64,000 nucleotides of DNA, from NCBI GenBank assembly GCA_963778655.1, contig CAVZVA010000010.1:1504001-1568000 (forward strand), in the 5' to 3' direction. Shown here one piece after another: positions 9,745-20,060 of this stretch. The translations under genes and the position numbers were made by a program. The notes beneath the pieces were generated by a model that searched no databases, was not told the DNA's origin, and was given only the letters and a program-made list of their open reading frames with translations. The first letter of the stretch is position 1. Every line of letters begins with the position of its first letter. Source of the stretch: an uncultured delta proteobacterium (GTDB taxonomy: Bacteria > Myxococcota_A > Polyangia > Polyangiales > JAFGIB01).

Positions 9745-11553
9745 ATGCTCACCGCCGCCGAGCTACACCCCAGCCGCCTGCCCACGACGCTGCTGGGTCA
9801 CCTGCGCCGGCAGGGGTCGCGCTACGGGTTGGGGATGCTGCTGCTGGGCGCCTACCAGTACGCCCAGTACTTCTTCGACACGCGGCTGCAGCGCGCGATC
9901 GACGCCGCCGTGCACGGCAACGCCACGCTCGCCGGACGCATCGGCGCGGCGTTGATCGGCGTCGCGCTCGCGTCGCTGCTCTTGCGCGTGCTCTCGCGCA
10001 TGGTGGTGTTCAACGCCGGCCGCATCGCCGAGTACGAGCTACGGCGGGCGCTGCTGCACCAGCTGCAGCGCCTCGGGCCGTCCTTCTACCGCCACATGCC
10101 GGTCGGCGACATCATGAGCCGCGCCACCAACGATCTGGCCCAGGTGCGGATGCTATTCGGCTTCGCCGCGCTCAACGCGATGAACACCGCGTTCGCGTTC
10201 CCGAGCTCGCTGGCCGTCACCGTGAGCATCTCGGGCAAGCTGACCGCCGCGGCGCTGTGCACGCTGCCCCTGCTGTTCGTGGTGATGGTCGGCTTCGCGC
10301 GCGCGATGTTCTCCCGCCAGCGCGACAATCAGGAGGCGATCGGCCAGATGAGCGCGCTGGTGCAATCGAGCATCTCGGGGGTGCGGGTGGTGCGCTCGTT
10401 TGCGCTCGAGGAAGCGGAGACGCGGCGCTTCGCCGTCAGCAATGCCGACTACCTCGACAAGAGCCTCGCGCTCGCGCGGCTGCGCGGGTTGATGTTTCCG
10501 GTGATGCAGGCCATTACAGCCATCGGCACGGTGGTCGTGCTGTGGTACGGCGGCCACCTCATGCTGACCGGCGAGATCACCGCCGGGGGCTTTCTGGCAT
10601 TCTTCCGCGCGCTCTCGCGGCTGACCTGGCCGCTGATTTCGGTCGGCTTCTTGTTGTCGTTGATCCAGCGCGGGCGCGCCGCCTACGTGCGCCTGGCCGA
10701 GGTGTTTCAGGCCCAACCCGACATCGTCAGCGGTCCGTTGTCCGCGCCCCAGAGCTGTCGGGGCCAGCTGTCGGTGCGCGGGCTCTCGTTCGACTACGGC
10801 CAGCGCCGCGTGCTCGACGACGTCTCCTTCGAGGTCGAGCCGGGAACGCTGGTCGCGGTGGTGGGAAAGACGGGCAGCGGCAAGTCCACCCTGGCGGCGT
10901 TGCTGCCGAGGCTGCTGCCGACCCCGCGCGGCAGCGTGTTCATCGACGGGCAGGACGTGTGCGATCTGCCCCTGTCGTTCGTGCGCGCCACCATCGGCTA
11001 CGCGCAACAGGGCGCGTTTCTGTTCTCGACCACGCTCGGGCGCAATATCGCCTATTGTCTCGACGATCCGGATGCGCCCGCTGCGGTCCAGGCGGTGCTG
11101 CGTGCCGCGACCGACGCGCAGATGGCTGATGAGGTGCGCACGCTGCCCGACGCCTACGAGACGGTGGTCGGCGAGCGCGGCGTGCAGCTCTCCGGCGGCC
11201 AAAAGCAGCGCGTCGCGCTGGCGCGCGCGTTGCTGGCGCAGCCGCGCGTGCTGCTGCTCGACGATCCGCTGTCCGCGGTCGACTCGCGCACCGAGCGCGC
11301 CATCCTGGACGTGCTCGAGCGCGAGCGCGAGCGCCGCAGCGTGCTGCTGATCACGCACCGGGTCGCGGCCGCAGCGCGCTGCGACGCGGTCTTGGTGCTG
11401 GACCAGGGACGCATCGTCGAGCGCGGCACCCACCAGCAGCTGCTCGGGCGCGGTGGCCTCTACGCCGCCTTCGCCGAGGAACAGCGCGTCGAGAGCGAGC
11501 TCGAGGCGCTCGGCGGGGCCGAGAGCGCGCCGGCCGAGGCGGTGACCGCGTGA
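9745..11553 (+). CDS. Heterodimeric ABC exporter subunit 1 (MdlA/YheI-like)
   Basis: TM domain; GDIMSRATNDL; GKTGSGKS; LSGGQKQR; non-canonical Walker B LLLDD. Confidence 0.92.
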   Translation: MLTAAELHPSRLPTTLLGHLRRQGSRYGLGMLLLGAYQYAQYFFDTRLQRAIDAAVHGNATLAGRIGAALIGVALASLLLRVLSRMVVFNAGRIAEYELRRALLHQLQRLGPSFYRHMPVGDIMSRATNDLAQVRMLFGFAALNAMNTAFAFPSSLAVTVSISGKLTAAALCTLPLLFVVMVGFARAMFSRQRDNQEAIGQMSALVQSSISGVRVVRSFALEEAETRRFAVSNADYLDKSLALARLRGLMFPVMQAITAIGTVVVLWYGGHLMLTGEITAGGFLAFFRALSRLTWPLISVGFLLSLIQRGRAAYVRLAEVFQAQPDIVSGPLSAPQSCRGQLSVRGLSFDYGQRRVLDDVSFEVEPGTLVAVVGKTGSGKSTLAALLPRLLPTPRGSVFIDGQDVCDLPLSFVRATIGYAQQGAFLFSTTLGRNIAYCLDDPDAPAAVQAVLRAATDAQMADEVRTLPDAYETVVGERGVQLSGGQKQRVALARALLAQPRVLLLDDPLSAVDSRTERAILDVLERERERRSVLLITHRVAAAARCDAVLVLDQGRIVERGTHQQLLGRGGLYAAFAEEQRVESELEALGGAESAPAEAVTA

Positions 11554-13427
11554 ACGACGTGCCGCGCCAAGCGTCCGCCGCCGCTGCCGCCGGGGCCGCC
11601 AAGCGGACCGAGGCCGCGCTGCGCGCCTTCCACGAGGAAAGCGCGCTGGGCAAGGCCTACGACGCGCGCTTGCTTTCGCGTCTGTGGCCCTTCGTGCGGC
11701 CGTACCAGGGCTGGCTCTGGCTCTCGATCGGGTTGGGCGTGGTCACCGCCGGCCTGGCGCTGGCCCGGCCTTACGTGATGCGGGTGACGATCGATCGCGG
11801 CGCCATCGGCAAGGATCCCAGGGTGCTGTTGTGGGGCGGCGCAGCATTCGCGGCGATCATCGTGGTCGAGCAGGTGCTGACCTTCGTGCAGGTGTACACC
11901 GTGCAGATCTCGGGCGCGCGCGCGCTGGCGGATCTGCGGCGCGACGTGTTCGCGTTCCTGCATGGCCGCCGGCTCGCTTTCTTCGACCGCCAGCCGGTAG
12001 GAAGGCTGGTGACCCGTGTCACCAACGACGTGGACGCCATCCTCGAGCTGTTCGCCTCCGGCGCGCTCAACGCCTTCGTCGACCTGATCAAGCTGGTCGG
12101 GATCGTGGTCGTGATGGTGGCGCTCGATTGGCGGCTGTCGCTGATCGGCTTCGCTGCCGCGCCTGTGGTCGCGGTGCTGGTCGGGCTGGTGCGGCGTCGC
12201 TCGCGCGAGGCGTTTCGCGCCATCCGCGCCAAGACCGCGCAGATGAACGCCAACATGAACGAGCAGGTCTCGGGCATGGCCGTGGTGCAGGCGTTCTGTC
12301 GGGAGGAGGCGGCCGCGGCCGAGCTCGATACCATCAACGTGGCTTACCGCGAGGCCAATATCGCCTCGATCAAGTACGAAGCGTTCCAGGACGCGGCAAT
12401 CGAGATGGTGGCCTCGGTGTGCCTGGCCTCGATCGTGGTCTCGCTCGGCTACCGGCCGGTGAGCTTCGGCACGGTGGTCGCGTTCAATGCGTACTTGATG
12501 ATGTTCTTCGAGCCGATCAGCGCGCTGGCGCAGCGCTACACGCTGCTGCAGAACGCGATGGCCGGCGCCGAGCGCGTGTTCGGGCTGCTCGACCAGGACG
12601 AGGCGGATGCGCCCCGGCGCCAGGCGACGGGCGGCGGGGACGAGCGCGACCACGACCACGACCACGACCGGGAGGCGTTTGCGTTCGAGCATGTGGAGTT
12701 CGAGTACAAGCCGGGGGTGCCCGTGCTGCACGATCTCAGCTTCGGCGTGCGGCGGGGCGAGAAGGTCGCTGTGGTGGGCCCGACGGGCGCGGGCAAGACC
12801 ACGCTCGCCTCGCTGCTGCAGCGGCTGTACGAGCCGAGCGCAGGCGTGGTGTGGGTCGACGGTCGCGACGCGTCCACGTTCGAGCGCGCCGGGCTGCGGC
12901 GGCGCTTCGCGGTGGTGCCACAGGACGTGTTCCTGTTCCCGGGCACGATCGCCAGCAACGTGGCGGCCGGCGACGCCAGCCCCGACCGGGCGCGGGTGGA
13001 GGAGGCTCTGCGCCGCATCGATGCCTACGACCTGTTCGCGCGCAGGCCGGGCGGGCTCGACGCTCCGGTCGACGAGCGCGGCGAGAACTTCTCGGCCGGC
13101 GAGCGCCAGTTGATCGCGTTCGCGCGGGCGCTCTACCGCGACGCGCCCACGATCATCCTCGACGAGGCCACCGCCAACATCGACAGCGAGACCGAGGCCC
13201 GCATCACGCACGCGCTCGAGGCCCTGATGAAGGGCCGCACGGCGCTGGTGATCGCCCACCGGCTCAGCACCGTGCGCGCGGCAGATCGCATCCTGGTGCT
13301 GCATCGCGGCCGCCTGGTGGAGCAGGGCACCCACGCCGAGCTGCTGCGCGCCGGCGGCCTCTACGCCAAGCTCCACCGCCTGCACTTCGGCCGCAAGGAA
13401 GACTCGATCGCCCCGCCCGCGCCGTGA
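11550..13427 (+). CDS. Heterodimeric ABC exporter subunit 2 (MdlB/YheH-like)
   Basis: GTGA overlap; GRLVTRVTNDV; GPTGAGKT; degenerate signature FSAGERQ; IILDEATANID; IAHRLST. Confidence 0.92.
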   Translation: MNDVPRQASAAAAAGAAKRTEAALRAFHEESALGKAYDARLLSRLWPFVRPYQGWLWLSIGLGVVTAGLALARPYVMRVTIDRGAIGKDPRVLLWGGAAFAAIIVVEQVLTFVQVYTVQISGARALADLRRDVFAFLHGRRLAFFDRQPVGRLVTRVTNDVDAILELFASGALNAFVDLIKLVGIVVVMVALDWRLSLIGFAAAPVVAVLVGLVRRRSREAFRAIRAKTAQMNANMNEQVSGMAVVQAFCREEAAAAELDTINVAYREANIASIKYEAFQDAAIEMVASVCLASIVVSLGYRPVSFGTVVAFNAYLMMFFEPISALAQRYTLLQNAMAGAERVFGLLDQDEADAPRRQATGGGDERDHDHDHDREAFAFEHVEFEYKPGVPVLHDLSFGVRRGEKVAVVGPTGAGKTTLASLLQRLYEPSAGVVWVDGRDASTFERAGLRRRFAVVPQDVFLFPGTIASNVAAGDASPDRARVEEALRRIDAYDLFARRPGGLDAPVDERGENFSAGERQLIAFARALYRDAPTIILDEATANIDSETEARITHALEALMKGRTALVIAHRLSTVRAADRILVLHRGRLVEQGTHAELLRAGGLYAKLHRLHFGRKEDSIAPPAP

Positions 13428-13431
13428 CCGC

Positions 13432-14745
13432 TCAACGCTTGCAGCCGCCCGTGCCCGCCGCTGGGGCATCGGGGGGGTTGAGCAGGGCGGGCGAGCCGAA
13501 GTCGAGCATGTCGAGCAGCGCGTCGGCGTTGGCGTCGCGCGCGGTCAGGGCCGGCAGGTCGAACAGCACCTCGATCAGGCGCAGGATCGAGGCGTGCTCG
13601 TGCCGCCGGTGCGAGACGTAGTGCGGCCGCGCCCACGGCGAGATCATCACCAGCGGCACCCGCACCCCGAGCTCGAAGAAGGAGGAATCCTCCGGTCGCG
13701 CCACGCACGAGGTGCCCGGCGCCACGTGGTCGAAGAAGCCGCCGGCCTCGTCGTAGGTCCAGATCAGCAGGGTCGAGGGCCACAGCGGGCTGCCGACCAC
13801 CGCGTCGTAGATCATGTGCGTCCAGCGTTCTCCGGCCTGCACGTCCGCGCTCGGGTGCTCGTCTTGCACGTTTTCCTGAGCGTCCACAAAGCTCACCTGC
13901 GGCAGCGTTCCGTCGGCCAGCCGGGCCAAGAACGTCGGCACGTCCGACACGCCCGCATGGTCCTTTGGCCAGCACAGCGTGCCCTCGAAGGGCTTGTCGA
14001 CGCTGTACGCGCCCCAGCTCACGCCGCGGGCGTCGAGCTCGGTGAAAATCGTCGGCAGGTTCGGGTTGGGACAGCCACCGCCGGTCCGGGTCACCCCGTC
14101 GGAGGTGCCGAGCAACATGTAGTCTCGGTTGGGCCAGGTCCCGCTGCGTACCGAGGGGAAGTGTCGATCGGCTATCGCGTAGGTGTTGGCCAGGAAGTAA
14201 TAGAAGGGCAGGTCGCGGTCGTCGAAGTAGGCCATCACGAAGTGGCCGTCGCCGTGCACGCTTCTAATCGCGCTGGTGATGAAGCCGTCCATCTTGCCGC
14301 CGTCGACCATGGCATGCATCGAAACCCACTGGTGATCCGGGTCGTGCTCCGGGCAGGTGCTGGTGGCGTGAAACGCGGGCACTTGCTGCCCGAGCCCGTC
14401 GGGGTTCGAGAAGCCGGGCGGCATCCGCTCGGAGTCGGGCTGACCGTGCAGGTAGAGCTGGCCGAAGAACTGATCGTAGGAGTGATTCTCTTTCATCATC
14501 ACGATCACGTGATCGACCGGCATCGCGCGCAGCTCCGCGACGCTCAGACCCAAGGTCTCGTTTGCGCGCGCGCCCGATCCGTAGGGGCAGCGCGCGGGCT
14601 CATTGGGGCCTTCGCCGCCATCGCTGTCGAACGCGCTTCCGTCGCTCGCGAGCGCCGGGCCGCCCCCGGCCCCGCCGGCTTGGCCCGGCCGCGCGCGTTC
14701 GCTGGCGACGCACGCGCTCAGCCAGCAGCTCAGCCAGCAGCTCAA
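13432..14745 (-). CDS. Phospholipase C / acid phosphatase (phosphoesterase family), probably a lipoprotein; start uncertain
   Basis: HVIVMMKENHSYD, DPDH, TWPNR, DEHP, TYDEAGGFFDHV, GVRVP. Confidence 0.88.
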   Translation of the reverse strand: MSCWLSCWLSACVASERARPGQAGGAGGGPALASDGSAFDSDGGEGPNEPARCPYGSGARANETLGLSVAELRAMPVDHVIVMMKENHSYDQFFGQLYLHGQPDSERMPPGFSNPDGLGQQVPAFHATSTCPEHDPDHQWVSMHAMVDGGKMDGFITSAIRSVHGDGHFVMAYFDDRDLPFYYFLANTYAIADRHFPSVRSGTWPNRDYMLLGTSDGVTRTGGGCPNPNLPTIFTELDARGVSWGAYSVDKPFEGTLCWPKDHAGVSDVPTFLARLADGTLPQVSFVDAQENVQDEHPSADVQAGERWTHMIYDAVVGSPLWPSTLLIWTYDEAGGFFDHVAPGTSCVARPEDSSFFELGVRVPLVMISPWARPHYVSHRRHEHASILRLIEVLFDLPALTARDANADALLDMLDFGSPALLNPPDAPAAGTGGCKR

Positions 14746-14891
14746 CCACAGCGCCCGCGTCAGCTTGGTGTCCAGGCGAGCCCTCCGCCGCGGCAGCCGC
14801 CTCCGCCGAGGTCGGCATCCTGGCTGGTGAGTCAGGGAGACTCCCCGCCTTACGCATCCAAGCAGACGGATGACATAACCGTGTGCAAAAG

Positions 14892-16484
14892 CTACTCGGC
14901 GCGCGTGCTTTCACGCCGCGTTTGCCGGTCTGTCACGCCGGCGTCGCCAGCGTCCGCGCGCGCGCCCGTGCCCCGCCGGGTGAGCACGATCAATAGGGCG
15001 CCCAGCGCCGCGAGCGCCACGGCCAGCAGCGCCTCGATCGCCAGCGAAAGCGGGCTGCGGTCGACCCACACGTCGAGCCGCTTGGGCGTGGGATCGTGGC
15101 GCGGGCGCCAGGCGGGCAATCCCAGGCTCTGCCAGGGGTAATACGAGCGCTCGCTCCACTTGCTGTGGTGCAGGTAGCGAAAGACCAGCCACTGCTGGGC
15201 GACGATCGGGTTGAGCTCGGGGATGAAGTGCTGCGCCAGCAGGTCGTCGCGCACCGCCTCCGGGTGCCGGACCCGGCCCAGCACGGTCGTCGACACCGGT
15301 CCGGTCACCACCAGGAAGCGCGACGGCGCCACACAGACCGCCAGCAGCTGGATGTAGAAGCCTGCCGCGGCCAGAGCCAGCACCAGCTTGCGCGCCCGCC
15401 CCGGGGTACCGAGCCAGCACAGGGCCGGCACGCAGGCGAGCGGGACGACCGGCAGCAGCAGCCGCGGGCCCCAAGCCCAGTCGCCGTTCCAGGCCCACCA
15501 TTTGGCCACGAGCAACAAGGTCAGCAGGGTGGGGATCGCCAGCAGCCACAGCTCGCGCCGCCGCTGCCGCAGCCAGCGCGGCAGCGCGCAGGCGCTGGCG
15601 ATCAGCAATGGCGAGTACAGGAACACGCTCTTACCCGGGCTCAGCAGCAGTCCATACAGCCCGGACAGCAGGGGCGTGCCAAAGCCGATCGTCGCGTCGC
15701 GCCCTTTGCCGTAGCCCTGGGCCAGCACATCGCCGTAACGCATGTAGTTGTAGGCCAGCCAGGCGCCCACACCCGGCAGCGCGCCGAGGCAGGCCAGGCC
15801 GAGCCCGGTCAAGCGCCGCCGATCCCAGCGCTCGTGCGCTTGGTCGACCAGCACCGCCAGCGGCAGCACCGCGAGCAGGATCTTGGCGTTCGGCGCGAAC
15901 CCGAGCAGCAGCCCGCCGGCGAAGAACGCGCCTCGGGCGCCGGCGTCGCGTGCGCGCAGCCACACCCGCAGCGTCCAGACCGCCAGCGCGGCTTGCAGCG
16001 TCTCGCTGTACAGGCTGCGGCCCGCGAGCCAGATCGGTGTCGTGAACACCACCAGCAAGGCGAACGCCAGCGCGACCGCTTCGCTCGCTCCGAGCGCCAG
16101 CGAAAGCGAGAATAACCCGAGCGCGAGCGCGCCCGTGATCGCGTGTGGCCCGATGCCGAGCGCGAGCGCGGCCAGCGCCCGATCGTGCGGGCGGAGCTGC
16201 TGGGCCGCGGCGCGCAGCGCGACCGAGGGCACGCACTGCAACACGGCGAGCAACGGGTACTTGACGTAGTACTTGCCGTCAGGCCCCCGCATGATGTCGC
16301 TGCGAGTCGGCTCCACGTCGAGGCGGCCGCGCGCCAGCAGGGACTGGGCCGCGTCGCACATCAGCCCGGCATCGCCGGTGTACGGGTTGGCGCGTGCGCC
16401 CAGCGCGAGCGCGACCATCACGAAGCAGAACAGCGCGAGCGGCAACGCTCTTTCCGAGGTGCGGCGTGAGGCCTCTGCACGCAT
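14892..16484 (-). CDS. Multi-pass GT-C-like (polyprenyl-phosphate-sugar dependent) glycosyltransferase candidate
   Basis: Many TM segments; early Asp after TM1; YSE, GLLLSPGKSVFLYSP, WAWGPRLLLP. Confidence 0.65.
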   Translation of the reverse strand: MRAEASRRTSERALPLALFCFVMVALALGARANPYTGDAGLMCDAAQSLLARGRLDVEPTRSDIMRGPDGKYYVKYPLLAVLQCVPSVALRAAAQQLRPHDRALAALALGIGPHAITGALALGLFSLSLALGASEAVALAFALLVVFTTPIWLAGRSLYSETLQAALAVWTLRVWLRARDAGARGAFFAGGLLLGFAPNAKILLAVLPLAVLVDQAHERWDRRRLTGLGLACLGALPGVGAWLAYNYMRYGDVLAQGYGKGRDATIGFGTPLLSGLYGLLLSPGKSVFLYSPLLIASACALPRWLRQRRRELWLLAIPTLLTLLLVAKWWAWNGDWAWGPRLLLPVVPLACVPALCWLGTPGRARKLVLALAAAGFYIQLLAVCVAPSRFLVVTGPVSTTVLGRVRHPEAVRDDLLAQHFIPELNPIVAQQWLVFRYLHHSKWSERSYYPWQSLGLPAWRPRHDPTPKRLDVWVDRSPLSLAIEALLAVALAALGALLIVLTRRGTGARADAGDAGVTDRQTRRESTRAE

Positions 16485-16637
16485 GGCAATCGCAGGTCGG
16501 AGCGCCGGCGGCCGCGGCCGCTTTTGGGCCCGCCCCGTGCTGCGGCTCGCGACCGAGGGGATACTCTGCGCTAATTGGCGCGCGTGCAACGGCGCGGGGC
16601 TTGAAGCCCGCGGCCGAAACCATTATCTGGCGGAGGC

Positions 16638-17633
16638 ATGACCGACGGCGGCCCAGGCGACCGGCTCGAGCTCTCGGTGCTGGTGCCCGTGCTCAACGAG
16701 GCCGAGTCGCTCGAGATCCTGCACGCGGAGCTGGGCGCAAGCTGCGGCGCGGCCGTCACCAGCTACGAGATCGTGTACGTGGACGACGGCAGCACCGACG
16801 GCTCGTCGGAGCTGCTCGACGGCTTGGCCGAGAGCGATCCGCACGTCACCGTGATCCACTTCCGCCGCAACTTCGGCAAGTCGCCCGCGCTCGCGGCCGG
16901 CTTCGAGCAGGTGCGCGGGGAGATCGTGATCACGCTCGACGCGGACCTGCAGGACGACCCGGCGATGATCCCCGAATTTCTGGCGCGCGTCCGCGCCGGC
17001 GCCGATCTGGTCTCCGGTTGGAAGCAGCGACGCCACGACCCGCTCGACAAGACGCTGCCTTCGCGCATGTTCAACCGGGTGGTCGCGGCCTTGACCGGGG
17101 TGAAGCTGCGCGATTTCAACTGCGGCTTCAAGGCGTACCGTGCGGTGTGCGTGAGGGAGCTGCGTGTGTACGGCGGCTTTCACCGCTTTCTTCCCGTGCT
17201 CGCCCACGATCGCGGCTTTCGCGTGGAGGAGCTGGTGGTGCGCCACCGGCCGCGACGCTTCGGCAAGAGCAAGTACGGCTCGACCCGCTTCTTCGAGGGC
17301 CTGCTCGATTTGCCGACCGTGCTGCTGTTGACCCGCTATCGCACGCGCCCGCTGCACTTCTTCGGCGTGCCCGGCGCGCTGGTGGCGGCGCTCGGCGTGC
17401 TGATCCTGTCCTACCTGACGGTGCTGTGGTTCAGGGGCGAGCCGGTCGGCACGCGCCCCTTGCTCACGCTGGGCGTGCTGCTCACCATCACCGGGATCCA
17501 GATCTTGTGCGTGGGCCTGGTGGCCGAGGTGGTGGTGCGCACCACGCTCGGCCGCACCGAGGTGTTTGCGATTCGCAGCATCCGGGGCGCGGGCGCCCCG
17601 CCCGCCGGCGCCTCGCAGCAAGGCAGGCCGTGA
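16638..17633 (+). CDS. GT2 polyprenyl-phosphate glycosyltransferase (ArnC/DPM-like) with 2 C-terminal TM helices
   Basis: VPVLNE, VDDGSTD, RNFGK, LDADLQDDP, DFNCGFK, HRFLP; GGAGG RBS. Confidence 0.92.
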   Translation: MTDGGPGDRLELSVLVPVLNEAESLEILHAELGASCGAAVTSYEIVYVDDGSTDGSSELLDGLAESDPHVTVIHFRRNFGKSPALAAGFEQVRGEIVITLDADLQDDPAMIPEFLARVRAGADLVSGWKQRRHDPLDKTLPSRMFNRVVAALTGVKLRDFNCGFKAYRAVCVRELRVYGGFHRFLPVLAHDRGFRVEELVVRHRPRRFGKSKYGSTRFFEGLLDLPTVLLLTRYRTRPLHFFGVPGALVAALGVLILSYLTVLWFRGEPVGTRPLLTLGVLLTITGIQILCVGLVAEVVVRTTLGRTEVFAIRSIRGAGAPPAGASQQGRP

Positions 17634-17727
17634 GCGCAGCGAGCCGCGCGGAGGGGTGGGGCCCCAACGGCTTTGCCGGATGGACAGGAAGGGTGCGTGC
17701 CCTCCCCGCTAGCTTGGAAGGCCCTCC

Positions 17728-18351
17728 ATGACGCAGGCGCGCCACTTCAGCCGCTACGGCAACAAGCAGAAGCACGAGAGCAGAAACCCGCTGCAGCGCG
17801 CGCTGATCGAGCGCTTTCACGCGCAACTCGCCGCGCAGGTACGCAGCCTCGCGCCGCGCGAGATCCTGGAGCTGGGCTGCGGCGAGGGCTACGTGCTGGC
17901 CGCGCTGCGACGCGCCGGCATTTCCGTGCCCATGCTGGGCATCGATCTTTCGGAGCCCGCGCTGGCGGAGGCCCGCCGGCGCGTGCCGGACGCGCACTTC
18001 GAGCTGCAGGACGCGCGCTCGTTCGCGAGCGCCGGCCGCCGTCACGACCTCGTGATCGCGGCCGAGGTGCTCGAGCACATTCCCGAGCCCGCGCAGATGC
18101 TCGAGGTGCTCGACGCGCTCGCGGGCCGCTATCTGATCGCCAGCGTGCCGTGGGAGCCGTTCTTTCGCGGCCTGAATTTCCTGCGCGGCAAGCACGTGCT
18201 GCAGCTCGGCAATGATCCCGAGCACGTCAACCACTGGAGCCGGCGCGGATTCGTGCACTTCGTGAGCACCCGCTTCGAGCTGCTGCAGCAGCCGGAGGTC
18301 TTTCCGTGGGCGATGGTCAGCGCGCGCCGCCGCGGTGCGCCCGTGGCGTGA
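17728..18351 (+). CDS. Class I SAM-dependent methyltransferase
   Basis: ILELGCGEG, GIDLS, EVLEH, SVPWEP, EHVNHWS. Confidence 0.88.
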   Translation: MTQARHFSRYGNKQKHESRNPLQRALIERFHAQLAAQVRSLAPREILELGCGEGYVLAALRRAGISVPMLGIDLSEPALAEARRRVPDAHFELQDARSFASAGRRHDLVIAAEVLEHIPEPAQMLEVLDALAGRYLIASVPWEPFFRGLNFLRGKHVLQLGNDPEHVNHWSRRGFVHFVSTRFELLQQPEVFPWAMVSARRRGAPVA

Positions 18352-18430
18352 GCACGCGTGCAGAGGGCGTGAAGCCGGGCGACCGGAAGGCGCGAAGCCC
18401 GACGTGTGCTCGCAACGCGCGAGCCAGGCC

Positions 18431-18503
18431 TACATGACCGATCACGATTCGGGAACGGCCATGCCGATCGGTCATGTAGCGGTGCGGCGGATGCCACACC
18501 ACC
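18431..18503. repeat. Palindromic intergenic repeat, copy 2
   Basis: Perfect 13-bp IR TACATGACCGATC/GATCGGTCATGTA (18431-18478) plus the tail shared with copies 1 and 3. Confidence 0.9.
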
Positions 18504-18555
18504 TGACCTAGACAGGCCAATGAGTTGCCTGGCGCGGCCAACTGCGAGCATGCGC

Positions 18556-18831
18556 TCAGTTGCAACCGCAACCGCCGCCGCTGCTGCCCACCGCTCCGCT
18601 CGAGCCCTCGCGGTACGCGGTCGCATGCTCCGCGCCCGCCTCCGCGTCGGGGTTGCGGTCCGGGTTCATGTCGGGCTTTGCCAAGCGTTCTCGCTGGTAA
18701 GGCGCGACCGTGGCGCACGCGCCCAGCAAGAGCCCGCAAGCCAAGAGGCCGCCAAGAACCTTGGGCCACCGCCAAGAATCCGGGCGCGCCGTGAGCGCAG
18801 ATCCCTTCACGCTCTGGCACCGCTTGCTCAT
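18556..18831 (-). CDS. DUF4266 family small lipoprotein
   Basis: LLGAC-ATVAPYQRERLA...M...H...YREGSSG...GGGCGCN C-terminus. Confidence 0.9.
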   Translation of the reverse strand: MSKRCQSVKGSALTARPDSWRWPKVLGGLLACGLLLGACATVAPYQRERLAKPDMNPDRNPDAEAGAEHATAYREGSSGAVGSSGGGCGCN

Positions 18832-18965
18832 GGGTTGTCGTGTCGGGTATGGCGTCCGCATGTACGTGCATGGTATGGTGCCCCCGCCAGCTTGTACACC
18901 GTACAGCCGTTGAGAGCGTATGGTCTGGCGGGTGCGTCGTCAGGTGCGAGGTGAAGGAGGGTGGT

Positions 18966-20048
18966 ATGAAGTCGCGCAGAGTGCTTCTGGTTGCGGCAGC
19001 GTTGATGGTGGGATCGTTTGGCTGCTCGGCGGCCAAGAGCAAGAACGCCGGTGCCGGCAATGGCAATGGCTCGGGCTCTGGAGCGCAGGCCGCAAATGAC
19101 ATGAATGGCCAGGACGCTAGCGCCGGCGGGTCCGGTTCTGGGGCTTCGGCGGGCAGCGGCAGTGGCACCGGCACCGGCGGCTCGGGTTCGGGTTCGGGTT
19201 CGGGGTCCGGCTCCGGCTCGGGTAACAGCGGCATGCTGATGAAGATACCGCCGCCGCCTGACGTGATGGAGATGCTCGATCCCAACGTGGACTGGACCGC
19301 GCTGACGTTGGTCTACTCGCCGATGTACTCCGCGTTCGACGGCCAGCACACCTTCCAGGTTCCGGTGCACGTCGACGGCGCCACCGTCGACATCTCCGGC
19401 TGGCAGGCGATCCCTGCGAGCGCGGTGAGCTTCGACCCGGATCCGGACGGCGGCGGCGTGCTGGTCACGGTGCTGGAAAACACGCCGGAGATCACCATCG
19501 CCGCGAGCAACGGCGCAGTGGGCGGAACCGCGCCGCTGCGCATCACCAGCGGCACGCCCGACGAATGGGCCGCGGGCGAGGCTCGCTACAACAACGGCGT
19601 GGACTTCAACCTTCCGATGCTGGACTTCAGCCAGATCATCGACCCGAACTGGATGCCCCCGCCCCCGCCGCCGAACCTCGCCTGCAACAACTGCCACAGC
19701 ACCGGCGCGAAGTACTTCGAGATCCAGCACACGCCGACCCAGGCCGCGCGCTACTCGGACGACGATCTGGCCACCATCTTCACCAAGGGCATGAAGCCCC
19801 CCGGCGTCGGCTTCCGCGTGCTGCCCGCGATGCTCGGCAACACCACGGCGGTGGACCTCTACGCCATGTTCCACAAATGGGACGCAACCCCGGAGGAGGT
19901 CAAGGGGTTGATCGTCTACCTGCGCTCGCTCACGCCCAAGGGGCAGGGGGACATCCTGCTTCCCGACGGCACTTACGTGGCCCCGGGCACGATGCCACCA
20001 GGATACGGCGGGACCGGCGGCGGAACCGGCGGCGCCTCGGGACACTGA
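18966..20048 (+). CDS. Monoheme c-type cytochrome lipoprotein with Gly/Ser linker
   Basis: AAGGAGG RBS; lipobox SFGC; (GS)n linker; CNNCH. Confidence 0.75.
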   Translation: MKSRRVLLVAAALMVGSFGCSAAKSKNAGAGNGNGSGSGAQAANDMNGQDASAGGSGSGASAGSGSGTGTGGSGSGSGSGSGSGSGNSGMLMKIPPPPDVMEMLDPNVDWTALTLVYSPMYSAFDGQHTFQVPVHVDGATVDISGWQAIPASAVSFDPDPDGGGVLVTVLENTPEITIAASNGAVGGTAPLRITSGTPDEWAAGEARYNNGVDFNLPMLDFSQIIDPNWMPPPPPPNLACNNCHSTGAKYFEIQHTPTQAARYSDDDLATIFTKGMKPPGVGFRVLPAMLGNTTAVDLYAMFHKWDATPEEVKGLIVYLRSLTPKGQGDILLPDGTYVAPGTMPPGYGGTGGGTGGASGH

Positions 20049-20060
20049 CGGGGTCGCGCT

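Noticed and set aside
12648..12668. (GACCAC)n repeat encoding DHDHDHD in the ABC linker
   Set aside because: Short in-frame microsatellite in a variable linker; no evidence of function.
18815..18830. TGGCACCGCTTGC and similar TGGCAAGGTTTGC (about 31704) as sigma-54 promoters
   Set aside because: GG-to-GC spacing is 2 nt too short.
19060..19230. Gly/Ser and Gly/Thr tandem codon repeats (also 35960-36340, 41225-41295)
   Set aside because: Ordinary low-complexity protein linkers, not independent DNA elements.
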